Origin: an uncultured bacterium
GTDB taxonomy: Bacteria > Fidelibacterota > Marinisomatia > Marinisomatales > UBA1611
DNA: 64,000 bases
Reading direction: 5' to 3'
NCBI GenBank assembly: GCA_965660855.1
Contig: CBFIBM010000007.1
Location: 28,569-92,568 of the forward strand
In this document: positions 61,767 to 64,000 of the stretch, in pieces
Numbering within the stretch: the stretch's first letter is position 1
How the letters are laid out: each line of letters begins with the position of its first letter
Position numbers and translations under genes: made by a program
Notes under the pieces: generated by a model
Seen by the model: only the letters and a program-made list of their open reading frames with translations
The model's database searches: none
What the model was told of the DNA's origin: nothing

Positions 61767-62935
61767 ATGACGAAAGATAAGGAACTTTTATCACTAAAAA
61801 AAATAGTTGAAATCCAAAAAAAAATAAAATAACACAAAGATTTTCTTTTAGATGGGATAATAAAACTGAAAAGTTGATATTGAGTTATAGTATTCCCCAT
61901 CTTGTGAATATAAATGGAACACCTAAAACTCGTCGCAAAAGAAAACAGAATTACTATTCGAGCATTAATAAACAGAATTACAAAAAATGGTTTAGAGATA
62001 GAACATCATTTTTAGTTGATTGTGATAATTTTGTAAAAGATGAGGTTTCAAATGCTGAAGGTAGGTTGACTAACTATCAAGATGAATTTGATTTGGGATA
62101 TTGGATAAACATAAAAACTCAAATGAAATGAGAGAACACATTAAAAATGGTGCTGATTGGTTTGAACAATATTATCAAGAGGAACTTTTAAGTGGGAATT
62201 GGAATGATACAACCTGTATGACGGCTTTCAGAAATGTGAGAGGTTTCTATAATTTTGTAGCTGATTATTCAAAAGGTTCTTTCCCATATGACCTTTTAAA
62301 AAGATTACAATTGAAAAATCCTAAACACGCTAGAGACACAATCAATAGTTGGGAATACGATGGTATTATTGACTTTATTATTAAAAATAAAGACAATGAA
62401 CTTTGGAAAAAGTTTGTGTTGATGTTGAGATTACAACTGAAAAGTGGTTTAAGAGTTGAGAAATTAGTTGAGATAAGAAATAGTAATATTGATGAAAAAG
62501 ACAAGATAATTTGGGTAAGTGGTAAAACTTGCAGAAGACCATTACATTTCAGACACGAAGACGATCAAAAAATATGGGATGAAATTCTAGAGGAGAAGGG
62601 TAGTGGGATTTATTTATTTTACAGAACTAAAGTAGTTTTCTATCCAAAACAGAAGCATAAGATTGAAAGTGGATTTAGATTTAAATAAACCTCTAACATC
62701 TAGTTTTTATCTTCAAAGATTTAGACAGATGATAGCCCTTCTTGGATTACGAGGTAAAGGTGTAATCAGTAGTCATAGTATAAGAAGATATTTTATTACC
62801 CAATTCGTTAAAGAAACAAAAAACAGAGATTTAGTACGACAAATAGTCGGACACTCTTCAACAAAAATGACTGATTATTATATGGGTGATATGATTGATG
62901 AGGATACAAAAACAACAATTTCAATAGGAGTTTAA
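61767..62935 (+). pseudogene. Frameshifted tyrosine recombinase/integrase
   Basis: Three overlapping ORFs with frame changes (61874-62131, 62101-62688, 62663-62935) carry, in order, SGLRV, SHSIRR and VGHSS.KMT.YY catalytic motifs. An ATG at 61767 leads into in-frame stops. Confidence 0.85.
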
Positions 62936-63177
62936 TTATGAGAAATATTGATAAAAACAAGTAATTACAGGGTTCTTTCAACGCTTGAAAAATAAAGACA
63001 CCCATGTTGTTGAAATTGGTATGGTTGATGAAGATGTTTTAGTTATGTCAAAATGCTTATTGCAATCATGCCCCAGAACAATGATAGATGTTTTCTGCTA
63101 CTCGTGATTTTGATGATGCAGTTAAAACTTTTTGTCAATTTTAATATGTAAAAAACTTGTGATTTATTTTATAAACA

Positions 63178-64000
63178 TTAAGCTTTTAACTTTAGAGGCT
63201 TTATTAAAAGTGCAATGAGACTAAAAAAAGAGGTCCCAAGGTAAAAAATTAGAAGATAAATCGTTGAAAATAGAAAACCATATTCTGGGCTAATATCTTT
63301 TAGTGAAAAAAAATAGATCACTAAAGAATCTCTACTTCCGATCCCTGCAAATGTTATTGGTATAAGTGAAACTAAAGTAATCAAAGAACTAAGACTAATT
63401 AAAAAAATAATTCCAAAGCTTAATTGTAAAAACTTACATATATAAAAAATTTGAACATAAGAAATGATTTGACAAATGAATGAAATCGTTAAGCATTTAA
63501 ATATAATATAAATTGACATCTTTTTATAAAGCTGATGTAAATCACAAAGATAATTAAATAAAATAGTATGTCTATTTCTAAAGAAATTATTAATAAAAGG
63601 ATACAACTTTAAAATAATAGTAAGAAATAAAATTATTACTAAAAAAAAAAGTATTAAATAGTTCCTGAAACTATTATTTAAAAAACTAATACTGAAAATT
63701 GACATGATTAAAATGACTAATAAGTCAAAAGATCTATCGATAATGATTGAAGCTGTAGTTTGACCTGATTTTATTTTTTTTTCATTTTTTAAATGAATTA
63801 CTTTGGCAAATTCACCAATTCTACCGGGTGAAACAATGCCGTAGAAAAGAGAACTAAAGTATATAAGGTAATTATCAATTATATCGAACTTAATTGATTT
63901 TATATTTAATATGATTGACCATCTATAAGATTTTAAAAAAACAACTACTGGTATTAAAAAAAGACAAGCAAAAAGGTTTACTATCTCCAACTTATTTTTA
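63178..64000 (-). CDS. Lysylphosphatidylglycerol-synthase TM / UPF0104 flippase-like membrane protein (5' end beyond the window)
   Basis: RW..IL, SPGRIGEFAK, IIDR.FD, LIPITFAGIGSRD. The frame is open to the window edge. Confidence 0.85.
   Translation of the reverse strand, partial: KNKLEIVNLFACLFLIPVVVFLKSYRWSIILNIKSIKFDIIDNYLIYFSSLFYGIVSPGRIGEFAKVIHLKNEKKIKSGQTTASIIIDRSFDLLVILIMSIFSISFLNNSFRNYLILFFLVIILFLTIILKLYPFINNFFRNRHTILFNYLCDLHQLYKKMSIYIIFKCLTISFICQIISYVQIFYICKFLQLSFGIIFLISLSSLITLVSLIPITFAGIGSRDSLVIYFFSLKDISPEYGFLFSTIYLLIFYLGTSFFSLIALLIKPLKLKA

Noticed and set aside
62101..62700. Programmed frameshifting producing a functional integrase
   Set aside because: At least two frame changes plus upstream in-frame stops would be needed; decay is the simpler explanation.

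Overview
A low-GC, gene-dense bacterial chromosome segment read in the standard genetic code. Gene content (alpha2-type GlyRS, Bacteroidota/Chlorobi-like LptD, PorV-family barrel, many PNPFN-type C-terminal sorting domains, dockerin, GCTD cysteine repeats) points to a marine FCB-group lineage, most plausibly Marinimicrobia/Marinisomatota (inference). Layout: (1) 1-23.6 kb housekeeping genes (argS partial, rsfS, mnmA-iscS, rlmN, PNP, ggt, glyQS, topA, hisS, a long OstA-LptD fusion-like gene, FKBP). (2) 23.6-28.7 kb an extremely AT-rich islet with 2.3 kb lacking long ORFs and carrying six GTGCTA motifs, an orphan ORF and a ParB-DNA methyltransferase fusion. (3) 28.7-39.7 kb small enzymes plus two large secreted multidomain proteins (CapA-family and CotH kinase). 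(4) 39.7-60.1 kb a LacI-associated beta-glucan utilisation locus (GH3 with an EF-hand insertion, SSS transporter, non-catalytic binding protein, TonB-dependent receptor, two GH16, GH5-CBM6). It has no recognisable SusD; a 1162-aa sorting-domain protein, a PorV-family barrel and a chaperone-like lipoprotein follow the receptor instead. (5) 61.5-64 kb a tRNA-Phe copy with a damaged 5' half, a frameshifted tyrosine integrase and the edge of a probable surface-glycan island. All calls come from manual motif reading; no database searches were run.
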